This document shows positions 20,479 through 31,000 of a stretch of 64,000 bases of DNA, one piece after another. The position numbers and the translations under genes were made by a program. The stretch covers positions 5,312,001 to 5,376,000 of the forward strand of contig JASGJH010000001.1 in the NCBI GenBank assembly GCA_047601445.1, read 5' to 3'. Under the pieces are notes generated by a model that had not been told where the DNA came from, did no database searches, and was given only the letters and a program-made list of their open reading frames with translations. Origin of the DNA: Myxococcales bacterium (lineage in GTDB: Bacteria; Myxococcota_A; Polyangia; Polyangiales; DASUME01). How positions within the stretch are numbered: position 1 is the stretch's first letter; each line of letters begins with the position of its first letter.

Positions 20479-22455
20479 TCACTCCTCCTCGAGCACCAGC
20501 AGGCGCACTCCGTGGCGTGGAATCGTGCCGAGCTCCACGCTGCCTGACCGAACGGGATAGCTGGCACCGCTCCAGTATTCGCTCACGCGCTCCTTGCGAC
20601 GGTAGCGACGCAGCGCGCCGTGCCGCAGCAGATCGACGCGGCCCTGCACCGGCTGGTCGTCCGGATTGAACACCGCCAGATAGGCCCGACCTTGGCCTTC
20701 ACACAGGAAGAGCGTGGGAAAATCGCGCTCCATGAGGTCCAGTACACGCGTCCGCATCTCACAGGCACGCGCGTGCAGCTCGAGCGTGCGCTGGGCCAGG
20801 GCGCGCTGAGCCGGACCGAGCAGGGAGAGATCGTCCGAGATGAGCAGCGTGCCACCACACAGCGCGGCCACCGTGACCACGCTGTGAATCTCGTGCTGAG
20901 TGAGGCGCGTCTTGGCATCACGCAGCAAGATGCAGTCGGGGTCGTTCTGCCAGAGCCGACGGTGCATGAAGGACCGAGTCAGGGCGTTGCGCAGCGCGAC
21001 CTTGGCCGACATCATGTCGTAGTCGTTGCCGACGTAGGTGGAGAGCCAGTTGCTCCAGTACGGAGCCACGTCCATCCCCACGCGATTGGAGTCCACCAGG
21101 CCTATTGCGGGTCCCAGCGGCAAGCCACAGCCGAGCACCCGGACGTCCTCACCCACCGTCTCGCGGATGATCTCGAGACCCCTTCGCAGGGCCTGCGCCC
21201 CCGAGACGTTTGGGTCGTGGCGCTTACCCGGCAGACCCGCTGCATGCAGGAAGTCGATCTTGATGAACTGATAGCCCCACACGTGAGCGATGGTGTGGAA
21301 CAGCTTCCTCAACCACGCTTGCACGTCAGGATGCGTGAGGTCCAAGGCGCGCGCGCTGTCGAACAGCCCCCAGTGGTTGTTGTACATGGCGTAGCGCGGC
21401 GCCCCCATCTCGTCGCGCACGAACCACTCGGGATGCTCGGCGTACAGCCTGGAGTTTGGGTAGGCGACGAAGGGTGCGAGCCACAAGCCTGGACGAAAGC
21501 CCGCCTGCTTGATCTCGCTGGCCATGGCGCCCATGCCGCAGGGAAAGGTCTTGCTGGGCAGCAGCCAATCCCCGAGCGCCGACTGCCAGCCATCGTCGAT
21601 CTGGAACAGCGAGAAGGGGATGGTGGGCTTGAGCCGAACGGCCTCGCGCAAGTTCATGCGGATGATCTGCTCGTCGATCTTGGTGAAGTAGTGGTACCAG
21701 GAGCACCAGCCCACTTCGGCCTCGGGCGGCACTCGGGCGTGCATCTCCTCTCCCACGCGTGCGGCGTACCTCTCGAGCTGCTCGGCCGCGTCCGCGCCCC
21801 AGGCGACGTAGAGGCGTGGCAGGCTGAAGCTCTGGCCGGTGGCGAGCGCCGTGCTCTCGAGCCCAACGCTGGCCGTGATGCGCGCCTCCCGTTCGAAGCG
21901 GGCGCACATGCTGAAGCCAGCGAACGTGAGCGCCGTGTCGAGATAGCCCACGACGACGCAGCGCCCGTGCTTGTCACCGGCAGCCGTACACAATGTGGAG
22001 GTGAAGTCCCCCTGACCTCGAGCGGGCGGCAGATCCGGGTTGCTCAGAATCTGATCGAGGAAGCCCAGCTTCACCCTGGGTTCCACGCGCCCCACGTCGA
22101 GCGCGGAAGAGCCCGACCAGGACTGCCAGCCGTTGTGAAAGTAGCTCGTGAGGTCCTCGGGCTCAGGGTGCGCAAGCACGAGTGGGATCACACGCGTGAG
22201 CCGCAGCGGTGTGTGACACAGGATCTCCCCGTGCAGCACCATGGCGTCATCCTCGCGGGTCCAGCTCAGGGAGAGCGCGAGGTCTGCGTTCTCGGCTCGC
22301 GCGTCGCACCCGGCTGCTGCGTCGACGTTGACTAGCAAGCTGCGCGTCTGCCCCTCCACGGCGTAGTCCACGCGGGCCTGGTAGCGACCGACCGCGAACA
22401 GGTCCGAGGTCGCGCTGGTTTTGTTCGGCACGCTTGAAAGCTCGGTCGACGTCAC
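20479..22455 (-). CDS. GH36 alpha-galactosidase
   Basis: GWCSWYHY, FQIDDGWQ, GLWLAPF, LDLTHP, IKIDF, NDPDC. Confidence 0.9.
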   Translation of the reverse strand: MTSTELSSVPNKTSATSDLFAVGRYQARVDYAVEGQTRSLLVNVDAAAGCDARAENADLALSLSWTREDDAMVLHGEILCHTPLRLTRVIPLVLAHPEPEDLTSYFHNGWQSWSGSSALDVGRVEPRVKLGFLDQILSNPDLPPARGQGDFTSTLCTAAGDKHGRCVVVGYLDTALTFAGFSMCARFEREARITASVGLESTALATGQSFSLPRLYVAWGADAAEQLERYAARVGEEMHARVPPEAEVGWCSWYHYFTKIDEQIIRMNLREAVRLKPTIPFSLFQIDDGWQSALGDWLLPSKTFPCGMGAMASEIKQAGFRPGLWLAPFVAYPNSRLYAEHPEWFVRDEMGAPRYAMYNNHWGLFDSARALDLTHPDVQAWLRKLFHTIAHVWGYQFIKIDFLHAAGLPGKRHDPNVSGAQALRRGLEIIRETVGEDVRVLGCGLPLGPAIGLVDSNRVGMDVAPYWSNWLSTYVGNDYDMMSAKVALRNALTRSFMHRRLWQNDPDCILLRDAKTRLTQHEIHSVVTVAALCGGTLLISDDLSLLGPAQRALAQRTLELHARACEMRTRVLDLMERDFPTLFLCEGQGRAYLAVFNPDDQPVQGRVDLLRHGALRRYRRKERVSEYWSGASYPVRSGSVELGTIPRHGVRLLVLEEE

Positions 22456-24119
22456 TTGCAGGCTCCGGTCAGCAAAGGGCCAATCAGATCACTCAGGATG
22501 GGAACCTCGATGGCGCACGGCACGCACTTCGTGTCCGCGGGGCACTCCGAGTCCACGGCCCCCACCAAGTCGGCGCTGCTGATGCAGGTGGAGATGCAAG
22601 CACCCGGCTTGCCCTCTGCGTCCGAACAGGTGGGCGCCACGTAGTCCTCACCGCGAGCACCGGCCTCGGCGTACTCGCGGGGCGCGCACTTGAAGTCCGC
22701 CGTGGGACAGTCGCTCAAGCTGCCACGCTGGCTCTCGTCGACCGAACCGGACGGCACGCACAGGCCACGACCGCCACAGCAGCCATCGAAGTGCCACGGA
22801 CCTTCCTTGGGCTGATCGCAGCTTCCGTCGCAAGCTCCGGTCGACTCGCCGGTGACCGGGTTGAAGCACGGAGCGCATAGCTCGCCGGCCTCGCAGTCTT
22901 CCTGCTTCAGGCTGTCTTTCTGCGAGGCAATCTCGGGTAGGCACTCGGACATGCAGCGTCCCTCGGCCTCACCGAATGCCTTGCACGTCTTGCCGCCCTG
23001 GTGACCGCCGCTCTCGAGGAAGCTGTCCGGGACGCACTTTCGACTCCCGCCGCACTCCGCGAGGCGGTCGAGCTGATCGGCAGGCAAAGCGGAGTACTCC
23101 ATGCAGTGCGCGTGACCCGTAGCGCACACCGAGAGCGGGCACGGGTCGAGCTTCTCCACGTCCAGGAGCGGGGAGCTTGCGTAGTCCAGCGTGCACAGAT
23201 CGGGCTCCGCCTGGGTGGGCATGTCGCACGTGCTGGCGCTACAGGCCCCGGATGCCTTGCCGGTTCGCGGGTCGTAGCAGGGCGCGCAGAGCTCGCTGTC
23301 GGCGCACACGTCGCGCTGCAGGAGGCTCTTCTGATCGGAGACCTCGGGGATGCACAACGACTGACAGCGACCTTCGAGACCGCCCCCTGCGGTGCACACC
23401 CGGGGTGGCGCATTGCCCCCCGAGATCAACAGGTCGTCCGGAACGCACTTGCGGTTGCCGTCACAATCCGCGAGGCGATGGCGCTGGTCCGCTGGGACCT
23501 GGCTCACGTCGGCGCAGTGCGCCGTGCCAAAGGCGCAGACGTCTTCGGGACAAACCTCGAGCGTGTCCAGGTCCACCACCGGTTTCTCCGCGTAGTCGAT
23601 GGCACAGAGGTCGGGCTTCGGTTCGACAGGCGCGTCACAACTGGTGGCCGAGCAAGCGCCGCTGTCCTTCCCCGTGGTGGGGTCGTAGCAGGGGGCACAA
23701 CGCTCGCCTGGATCGCAGTCCGCGCGCGGCAGGAAGTCCCCGCGGCTGAACACCTCCGGCAGACATTCGGACAGACAACGCCCCTCCAGCCCCGCCACCG
23801 ATCGACACGCTTTGGGCGTGTAGCGCCCTTCGTTGATCAGGAAGTCGACCGGCACGCACAAGGTTCCGTCGCTGCAGCTGGCCAGCCTGTCTCGCGTGGC
23901 GGCGGGCTGAACGAAGTCTGGCGGCACGCAGTGCCCACGAGCCTGATCGGAAGCACAAATGCCCGGGTCGCACAGCGGAAAGGCCTGGGTCAGCACCTCC
24001 AGGCCGCCCTGGTTGCAGGCCGTGGAGGCCTCGGGTGGGGGCACATGGAGGTCGGGAAGCGTGATGCAGCCGGCGCACCCGAGGGTCCACATCAGCAGGG
24101 CGCGATGCAGGCAGTTCAT
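22452..24119 (-). CDS. Cys-rich lipoprotein with three ~140-aa repeats
   Basis: CAGC lipobox-like motif; repeated HC..DRLAxC..KCVP..EGRCxSxCxPEV..ELCAPCYxPxTG..GAC; 4-nt overlaps with both neighbours. Confidence 0.8.
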   Translation of the reverse strand: MNCLHRALLMWTLGCAGCITLPDLHVPPPEASTACNQGGLEVLTQAFPLCDPGICASDQARGHCVPPDFVQPAATRDRLASCSDGTLCVPVDFLINEGRYTPKACRSVAGLEGRCLSECLPEVFSRGDFLPRADCDPGERCAPCYDPTTGKDSGACSATSCDAPVEPKPDLCAIDYAEKPVVDLDTLEVCPEDVCAFGTAHCADVSQVPADQRHRLADCDGNRKCVPDDLLISGGNAPPRVCTAGGGLEGRCQSLCIPEVSDQKSLLQRDVCADSELCAPCYDPRTGKASGACSASTCDMPTQAEPDLCTLDYASSPLLDVEKLDPCPLSVCATGHAHCMEYSALPADQLDRLAECGGSRKCVPDSFLESGGHQGGKTCKAFGEAEGRCMSECLPEIASQKDSLKQEDCEAGELCAPCFNPVTGESTGACDGSCDQPKEGPWHFDGCCGGRGLCVPSGSVDESQRGSLSDCPTADFKCAPREYAEAGARGEDYVAPTCSDAEGKPGACISTCISSADLVGAVDSECPADTKCVPCAIEVPILSDLIGPLLTGACK

Positions 24120-25564
24120 GGGGCGCTCCTCTTCGCTTCGCGGGCGTGAAACACGATCGAGATGGCCATGGCTTGCACGCCGGTCTTGTAGGTGCCTGCG
24201 TTGATGGTCGGGTGTGCGTCGGCGAGTTGACCGGGACGTTGGCCGACGGGCTGCTCGATGCGAGCGTCGGCGTTGGACAACTGCACCGTAGGGAAGACGA
24301 TCAGCGCGTAGGCCAGGTTGAGGTCCGCGTAGGCGGCGACACGCACCCCGAGACCGGCGTGCACACCGAAGCGATGAAGCGGGAGGTTGTCCACGGATTC
24401 ATAGCCGTGCTCGACACCGTTGCTCTCGACGGAGAGCCCTGCCCGCAGCCAGAGCCGGTCGGCGATGGCTTGATAGTCACTTCCCACACGCAGCACGACT
24501 TGATCGCGCCAGTGGCGCGCGATCGTTTGCCGGCTTGGCAGCCGCGAGATGTCTTGGCCGTCGAGGGTGCCGCTGACGGGCAGGCGGGCCGTGTCGGGAA
24601 CATCGATCACCACCTCCTTCAAGCGCGACGTGCCCTGATACAGGAGATCGGCCTCGAACTCCCAACGCTCCGTGTGGTAGCGAGCTGCCGCGCCGGCCTC
24701 CCAGGCGTTGGCGTTGTTCAGCGTGACACCGCCGACCCGCGTCGAGTAGGGCATCCCCAGCGTCACGCCGGAGAGATACAGGGCCCCGGGTGCGCGCACG
24801 CCGTCGGTCCAGGTCCCCTGGAGCGCGAGGTTCCAGCTCCGCGTCGCGTCGAAGTCGAGTCCGAGCATGAGGCGCGGCACGAACGTGTCCACGGCGGACA
24901 CGGCGCTGCGCACGTCGAGGGCCGGCGCATCGCCAGGCAAGCCTGCCGTGAACGCGACGTTGCGCAGGATGAAGACGCCCCAGCCGAAAGCTGCGCCAAG
25001 CCGCAGACGTCCGCGGTCGATGCCCAGGCCAAGCGTGGGAAACACGGCGAGGTTGTCCGAGCTCACCAGCGCGTAGCGGGCCGGGCTGGGCATCCGCGTG
25101 CCGTGGATCGCGATGGTTCCATCCCGCGAGTCGCCGAAGTCGAGCGCTGCGGTGCCAGCCGGCGGCAGCACACCGAGCGCCAAGGTCACGCGCTCGGACA
25201 CCGGATAGCTTGCCGTCAGCTGCGGGATGACGCCGGGCTTGTTGCTGCACACCTCGGGAAAGCTCGAGCCGTCTTCGGCGTTCTTGCGCGTGAAACAGGT
25301 CTCCCCGAATTGCAGTTGCAGATCGCTGGTCACGGTCCAGGTCCGCAGGCTCGCGAGGCGCGCGGGGTTGTAGCGCAGAGCCTCGCCGCCCTGCGCGCTC
25401 GCCATCACGGCGCCACCACGTCCAAGTGCGCGGGCGCCGTAGGCGGTGACCTCCAGCCCGCCGGCCGCCGCCGAACCGGGCAAGAGCGCGATCGAGGCCG
25501 CAGCGATCCCAAGGACGCGCTGAAGCCAGCTCGTAGACGAGTGCCGAGAAGTCACGGTAAGCAC
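24116..25564 (-). CDS. FadL/OmpP1/TodX-like outer-membrane channel
   Basis: After the signal peptide: GGLEV..GARALGRGGA.....YNPARLA hatch motif; WRDQVVLRVGSDY; LRAG. Confidence 0.8.
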   Translation of the reverse strand: MLTVTSRHSSTSWLQRVLGIAAASIALLPGSAAAGGLEVTAYGARALGRGGAVMASAQGGEALRYNPARLASLRTWTVTSDLQLQFGETCFTRKNAEDGSSFPEVCSNKPGVIPQLTASYPVSERVTLALGVLPPAGTAALDFGDSRDGTIAIHGTRMPSPARYALVSSDNLAVFPTLGLGIDRGRLRLGAAFGWGVFILRNVAFTAGLPGDAPALDVRSAVSAVDTFVPRLMLGLDFDATRSWNLALQGTWTDGVRAPGALYLSGVTLGMPYSTRVGGVTLNNANAWEAGAAARYHTERWEFEADLLYQGTSRLKEVVIDVPDTARLPVSGTLDGQDISRLPSRQTIARHWRDQVVLRVGSDYQAIADRLWLRAGLSVESNGVEHGYESVDNLPLHRFGVHAGLGVRVAAYADLNLAYALIVFPTVQLSNADARIEQPVGQRPGQLADAHPTINAGTYKTGVQAMAISIVFHAREAKRSAP

Positions 25565-25830
25565 CAGGCTGAGGAAGTGACGTCGCTCGTGGGACCTACG
25601 TGAGCGCGTCTTGAGGAGACCATACGGCCCCGACCAGGCTTTCGGTTAGCGCGTTTAAGTAGCCTCCGATGCCATGGCGGATGCGCAGGACACCCCACCT
25701 TTCTGGAGGCGTCTGCAGCTGCCCAGTCGAAAGCTCGACGCGGGCGCGCGTCGCACTCTGGCAGCCAGAATCACGCTTCTGGCAGAGGGGGAGCGTGGGC
25801 ACCCGAGCGGACCCGACGCATCCTCTCTCG

Positions 25831-26256
25831 ATGCAACAGAACGATCCGTTTGCTCCGATACTGCGGCGCCTGAAGGGCCAGACCGATCGCCAGATCCTGA
25901 CGGACATCGAGCGCGCGGGTGGCGTGGAAGCTGCCCTCGACGCGGTGTTCAACGGCATGGCTGCGGCCTTTCGTCCCGAGCGTGCGGGCCGGCGCGAGCT
26001 GGTCATCCAGTACGACATCGGGACGCCCCGGGGCACCCTGAACTATCAGGTGGCCCTGCGAGGTGGCGCGTGCCGTGCCGAGCGCGGAAGCGCGACGCGG
26101 GCCGAGATCCTGATCTCGCTGTCGCTGCCGAACTTCCTGCGCCTGGTGATGGGAAACCTGCGACCCACCCTCGCCTATCTGACAGGAAAGCTGAAGATTT
26201 CGGGAGACCTGATCCTCGGGGCACAGGTCGAGGACTGGTTCGAGCGTCCGGTCTGA
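25831..26256 (+). CDS. SCP2 sterol/lipid-binding domain protein
   Basis: F.PERAG..VIQYDI..FLRLVMGNL.PTLAYLTGKLKISGDL. Confidence 0.88.
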   Translation: MQQNDPFAPILRRLKGQTDRQILTDIERAGGVEAALDAVFNGMAAAFRPERAGRRELVIQYDIGTPRGTLNYQVALRGGACRAERGSATRAEILISLSLPNFLRLVMGNLRPTLAYLTGKLKISGDLILGAQVEDWFERPV

Positions 26257-26629
26257 GGCGGGAGTGTGATCGAGCCTGCAAAATGGCGGTGGGTCTTGAC
26301 TTCCTCGCCCACAAACGACACCGTCGAGGAACGTGCATCTCTTGGAGATGCATTCGTGTGCGTCGCATGAGCCTACCGGCTTCGCGACGTGGGCAAGTAA
26401 CCGACGGAGGACACGTCATCATGAAGACCCATCAGAACCAGATCGCCAACTCGTCGGGGGCTTGCCGCCAAGTCTCGTCATCCACCTCTCGAGGCGTCCG
26501 CCACAGCTGAGAGCGCTCGGCGGGCACGCTGGTGACTCTCGCTTCGCTCGTGGCGGCGCAGGTCTGCGCGCGCGCCTCGAAGCTCGAGCACCCGCTCAGC
26601 TGTCCGCCCTGCCTCAGAGGGAGGTTCCG

Positions 26630-27715
26630 ATGGCTATCAGTGTCCTGTCTGGCGAACGCACCCCTGCGCCCACCCACAGTGGCTTGTGCTCCGCACGCTG
26701 GCTACGGCCCTTCGTGCAGGCGATCCACGAATGCGCGCCGCGCGCGGTCGTGCACGAGCTCGCGCTCGAGCTGAAGCACCTGGGGCTCGATGTCCAGCGC
26801 CTGACCGAGAGTGAAGCGTGGCTGCCCCACGCGCGGGTGGTGGAGCTCCTGGAGCGCGTCAGTCGTGCCTCGGGTCGCCCGGAGCTCGGCCTACGGGCCG
26901 CTCAATGCGTGGCCCCAGGCGACTTCGACGTCATCGAGTACGCCGCGGCCACCTGCGCGAACCTCGGCGACGCCATCCGCTGCGCGGCGCGCCTGGTGCA
27001 ACTCATGAACACGGGTGCCAGGCTAACGCTCAAGGTCAGCGGAGAGCGCGCATTGCTTTGCTACGAGTGCGACGAGGCCGACGAGAGCCACGTCGCGGCC
27101 GAGTTCGTCCTGGCCAGCATGCTGATGCTCGGGCGACGTCTGCTGGGCCTCGAAATCAATCCCGCCGAGGTCAGCCTCAAGCACCCGGCTCCCACCTCCA
27201 TCGAGCACCACGCGAGCCTCTTCCAGGCGCCGATTCGCTTTGGCGCGGCCTGTGACGCGCTGATCATGCCGACCGCCGCGCTGGACATACCCCTGCCGCG
27301 CCCGGAGCCAGCGCTGCACTCCATCCTGCAACGTCATGCCACGGCCATGCTCGAGCGCGTGCCCTGCCGACGCACGTTCAAACAGCAGGTGCTGGATCTG
27401 ATCGCCGAGGAACTGACGAACGGGAATCCTGGCGTGGAGAACCTGGCGCATCGCATGGACATCAGCGCGCGCACCTTCTTGCGTCGACTCAAGGTCGAAG
27501 GCGTGACCCATCGCGAGCTGGTCACGGAGGTGCGGCGCGCCCTCGCGTTGCGCTATCTCGAGAACACCGAGATGAGTGTGGCCGAGATCTCCTTCGTGCT
27601 GGGCTTCTCCACCAGCAACTCCTTCCACAAGGCGTTTCGCCAGTGGCTGGGCACCACGCCGAGCGGCTACCGTCGGCGGACCTCCGCGACGAGCATGTTG
27701 GCTCACGCTGGCTGA
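26630..27715 (+). CDS. AraC-family transcriptional regulator
   Basis: RBS GGGAGG; C-terminal ISARTFLRRL..SVAEISFVLGFSTSNSFHKAFRQWLGTTPSGYR. Confidence 0.92.
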   Translation: MAISVLSGERTPAPTHSGLCSARWLRPFVQAIHECAPRAVVHELALELKHLGLDVQRLTESEAWLPHARVVELLERVSRASGRPELGLRAAQCVAPGDFDVIEYAAATCANLGDAIRCAARLVQLMNTGARLTLKVSGERALLCYECDEADESHVAAEFVLASMLMLGRRLLGLEINPAEVSLKHPAPTSIEHHASLFQAPIRFGAACDALIMPTAALDIPLPRPEPALHSILQRHATAMLERVPCRRTFKQQVLDLIAEELTNGNPGVENLAHRMDISARTFLRRLKVEGVTHRELVTEVRRALALRYLENTEMSVAEISFVLGFSTSNSFHKAFRQWLGTTPSGYRRRTSATSMLAHAG

Positions 27716-27742
27716 GTGGGCAGCGGGACCACCAGCCCTGAT

Positions 27743-28043
27743 CGTGGCCGTGAGCGTGGACCTGGCCGTGGCGCTCCCGTGGCCGTGGCCGCGCTCGTGA
27801 ACCGGATCGACTTCGTGAAGGTGTTCGACGCCGCCCGAGGCTCACGGATCGATGAGCTTCGTGAGCATCGCCACGATGCGCTCGAGCACGGTAAACGTCC
27901 AGCTTCTGAAAGTGAAGCATGCCCACGATGTCGGTCCCGCGCGGGTTGCGTGCTCGTTCACGAGGGTCGCTCACCTCCACGGGAGCGTTCCCGCTCACGA
28001 GCGCGGGCACGGCCACGGGCGCGACCACGGTCACGGCCACGGC
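27743..28043. repeat. Hexamer-rich (GTGGCC-type) inverted repeats enclosing a gene remnant
   Basis: 27778-27800 cgtggccgtggccgcgctcgtga vs 27995-28017 tcacgagcgcgggcacggccacg (22/23 inverted), extended by degenerate hexamers on both sides. Confidence 0.8.
27842..27920 (-). pseudogene. Internally deleted four-helix-bundle (23S-IVS-protein-like) gene
   Basis: MLHFQKLDVYR joined out of frame to VLERIVAMLTKLIDP*; these resemble the two termini of that ~110-aa family; only 79 nt remain. Confidence 0.75.
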
Positions 28044-28083
28044 GTCCCACACCACCACAGGTCTCAAATCGCCAGGTCTTGGC

Positions 28084-31000
28084 TCAGCGTGTATCGTGCG
28101 CCGCCGCCGTCTTTGGGCTGAAGGGAGCCAGCAGCCCGCGGGCAATCTCTTCGAGCTCTGGCAGTGCCGGCGGCGCCAACTCCGAGTTCTCGGGGAGCGC
28201 CACCGCTCCAAGCACGTGCAGCTGCCCGCGCTCCTCGACCACCAACGGGAGGATGCGATAGGCTCCCACGATCTCCCTGCGCGTGCGCTCATCGTGGGTA
28301 CCCGACGCCAGGGTCGCCGTGGTGCCGCGGGAGAGATCCTCGAGCACTTCCCGGGCACGGGCGAGGACGCCAGCCGGTGCTTCGCTGAAGCCGCTCGCCG
28401 CCGCCAGGCTGATCTCCAAGCCCTCGCGCTCGAAGAACAGGCCCTGCTGCGCGTTGCTCATCCGCAAGATGGCGTCGAGTGCCAGGCGCTGTCGGCTGCC
28501 ACGGTCGGCGCAGCGCACCAGGTTGTCGAAGGTCTCGCTGAGCGCGGGCGCACGAATACTCGGCCGTCGCCAGGGCGCCTTCAAGGCGAGCAGGTTGAGC
28601 TGTTCGAAGCGCCGCAACAGCGCGGGGTTGTCGCTGAGTCCGAACCAGTGCCTGACTTGCGAGGCCTGGCGCTCGAATGCCTGCTCGTCTCCCATCCGAA
28701 AGGCTACTTGAGCGCGGGCCGCGTGCAGGCTCCCGCGCAGGAAGGGATTTTCACCGGTCATGCCGCTCTCCAGGAGCACGTCGAGACGAGCGGCGGCGGC
28801 GGTGCCCTTGCCAAGGCCTGCCTCGGCCATCGCCCACTCGATGTGCAGCCACAATGACATCAGCGGATACTCCGCGTCGCCGGGGCGGGCCGTCCCCGCG
28901 CTGTCGCGGCACAGCTGTTCGGCCTCCTCGAACTGCCCCTGCCCATTGTGGCAAGCGGCGAGGTTGGCGCGCGCCAGCAGCCAACCGGCGAAGCTGCGCG
29001 GCTGCTTTCCGGACAAGGCTTCCTCCCACAGACTCTGCGCCAGGGCGTATTCGCCGCGTGCGTAGGCCAGGCCCGCGCGGGTCTGGGCCGCATACAGCGC
29101 AAGAGACGGGATGCGCTGGCTCAGATCCGCGAACAGCTCGCTCACGCGCTTGGCGTTCACCACGTCGCCCGAGCGCGCGTAGAGCACCGAAGAGACGGCC
29201 GACTCCCAGATCTCTGCCTGCCAGGCCGACCCCACCAGGATGGCGTAGGCCTCCACGGTCTCGCGGTATTGCTCCGCCTTTTCGAGCTCACCACGGCATA
29301 CGTGATAGGCGATGCGCAGCTGGTGGGCGAGCATACGGTGCATGGCGATGCCACCGTGAGCGAGAGCTTTGGCGGTGTCGATGGCCTCGTCGGTGGCCTT
29401 CATGGTCTGATTGACCCCCAGCGCATAGCGCGCGCCGCCGATCCACAAGATGCGCGAGGTCTGGGAGATCTCCCGATAGTTCTGGGTATCCGAGAAGCGT
29501 GCCGCGAGCTCGGCAAAGCGCGCCGAGCTCTCGTGAGGGTGGTCTTCGATCAGCGACAGCAATGCGACGCTGAAGTCATGGGCGCCGTCGAGCGCGGAGC
29601 GCTTGCCGAGCCAGGACAAAGCCCGCAGGGTCTTGGTGGCCCGAGCCGCGGTCTCGCGATCGAACACGGCCGCCGCCGCCCCCACCAACGCCGACGCACT
29701 GCCGATGCTGCGAATGAAGAGCTCCCCCACGCTGGGATGGACACGCGGCCGCAGCACGACGTAGCGCAGGGTAGCCAACATCAGAGAAACCAGGATGGCC
29801 AGCTTGCGGCCCAAGAACCGCCCGAGCTTGCGCGCGAGCGTGATGCCCAGCACGTCCTCGATCGCTTCGAGGGTCTTGGCTCCGTAGCGCTGAGCCCAGC
29901 GCCAATCCGCGTAGAAGCTCGCATCGGCGAGTCCGAGCAGCAGCGGCAGGCGCATGTAGCGGGAACTGCCGAGGAGCTCGAGTTCATCGTGCGCGCGGGC
30001 CAGGATGGGGGCGAACTGATGGATGCTGTCGTTCATCTCCTCCATCGCACGGGCGGCCACCGAATAGACGCACTCCGCACCGCGCAGGCGGTCGCCGCCT
30101 TCCATCAGGTGGTTGCCGGCCTGCATCTTCATGAAGGAGTCGAGGGTGGGCAGCGCTAGCAGCACCTCGCCGATTTGCCGGTGGTGCACGACCAACTCTT
30201 CGGCCGCCATCCGCAAGGCGAGCGTCTGGCGCAGTGCGTCGCTGGAGAATCGGCACAGCTTGCCCTCCACCACCAGCACCCGGCTTTGCACGAGATCGTC
30301 CAAGATCAGGTAGCCGCTCCTCGCGAAGCGCTGTGCCAGCGCCAGGCAGAGCTCCAGCGACAGCGTGACCTTCACCAGGCTCAATGTCTGAGCGAGGCTC
30401 AGAGCATCCGCGCCGAGCCCCTTGAGTCGGCCCGTCATGGCCTGGGCCAGATCGGACGAGAGCGTGAGCTCGGGACGCGAACCTGGCAGGAGCCAGATGC
30501 CGTCGACGAAACGCAGGCCCCCTTCCGCGAGCAAGGTATCGACGAGCTCGATGCAGTGCAAAGGACTGCCGGCGGTCAGGTCGTAGATCCACCTCGAACA
30601 CCGCACGAGGTTGGTGGCATCACCGAAGATCGACCTGAGGAGCTCGGCGGTGGCGCTCTCGGAAAGGGGCTCAAGCCTGTGGACCTGGCTCACACGAATC
30701 AAGGCCTTGAGACCGACCGAGGTCGCGTGGGGCTCGACCGTGGTGCAACTCCCTAGCACCCAGAGTCTGGAGCTGCGCTTGGACGAACGCAGCGAGGCGA
30801 GCAGCGCGAGCGACGCCTCGTCCGCGCGCTCGAGGTTGTCTACCGCCACGAGCAAGCAATGATCCGCCGTCATGCGGTGGAACCATCGCCCCATGGCGTC
30901 GGCGATCTGCTCGCTCCAATCGCCCGGCGTTGGCGAGCCGCGAGAATTCGTGGCAACCCCGAGTCGCTGCGCCAGCTCGGGACCGAGATTGGCGAGCACC

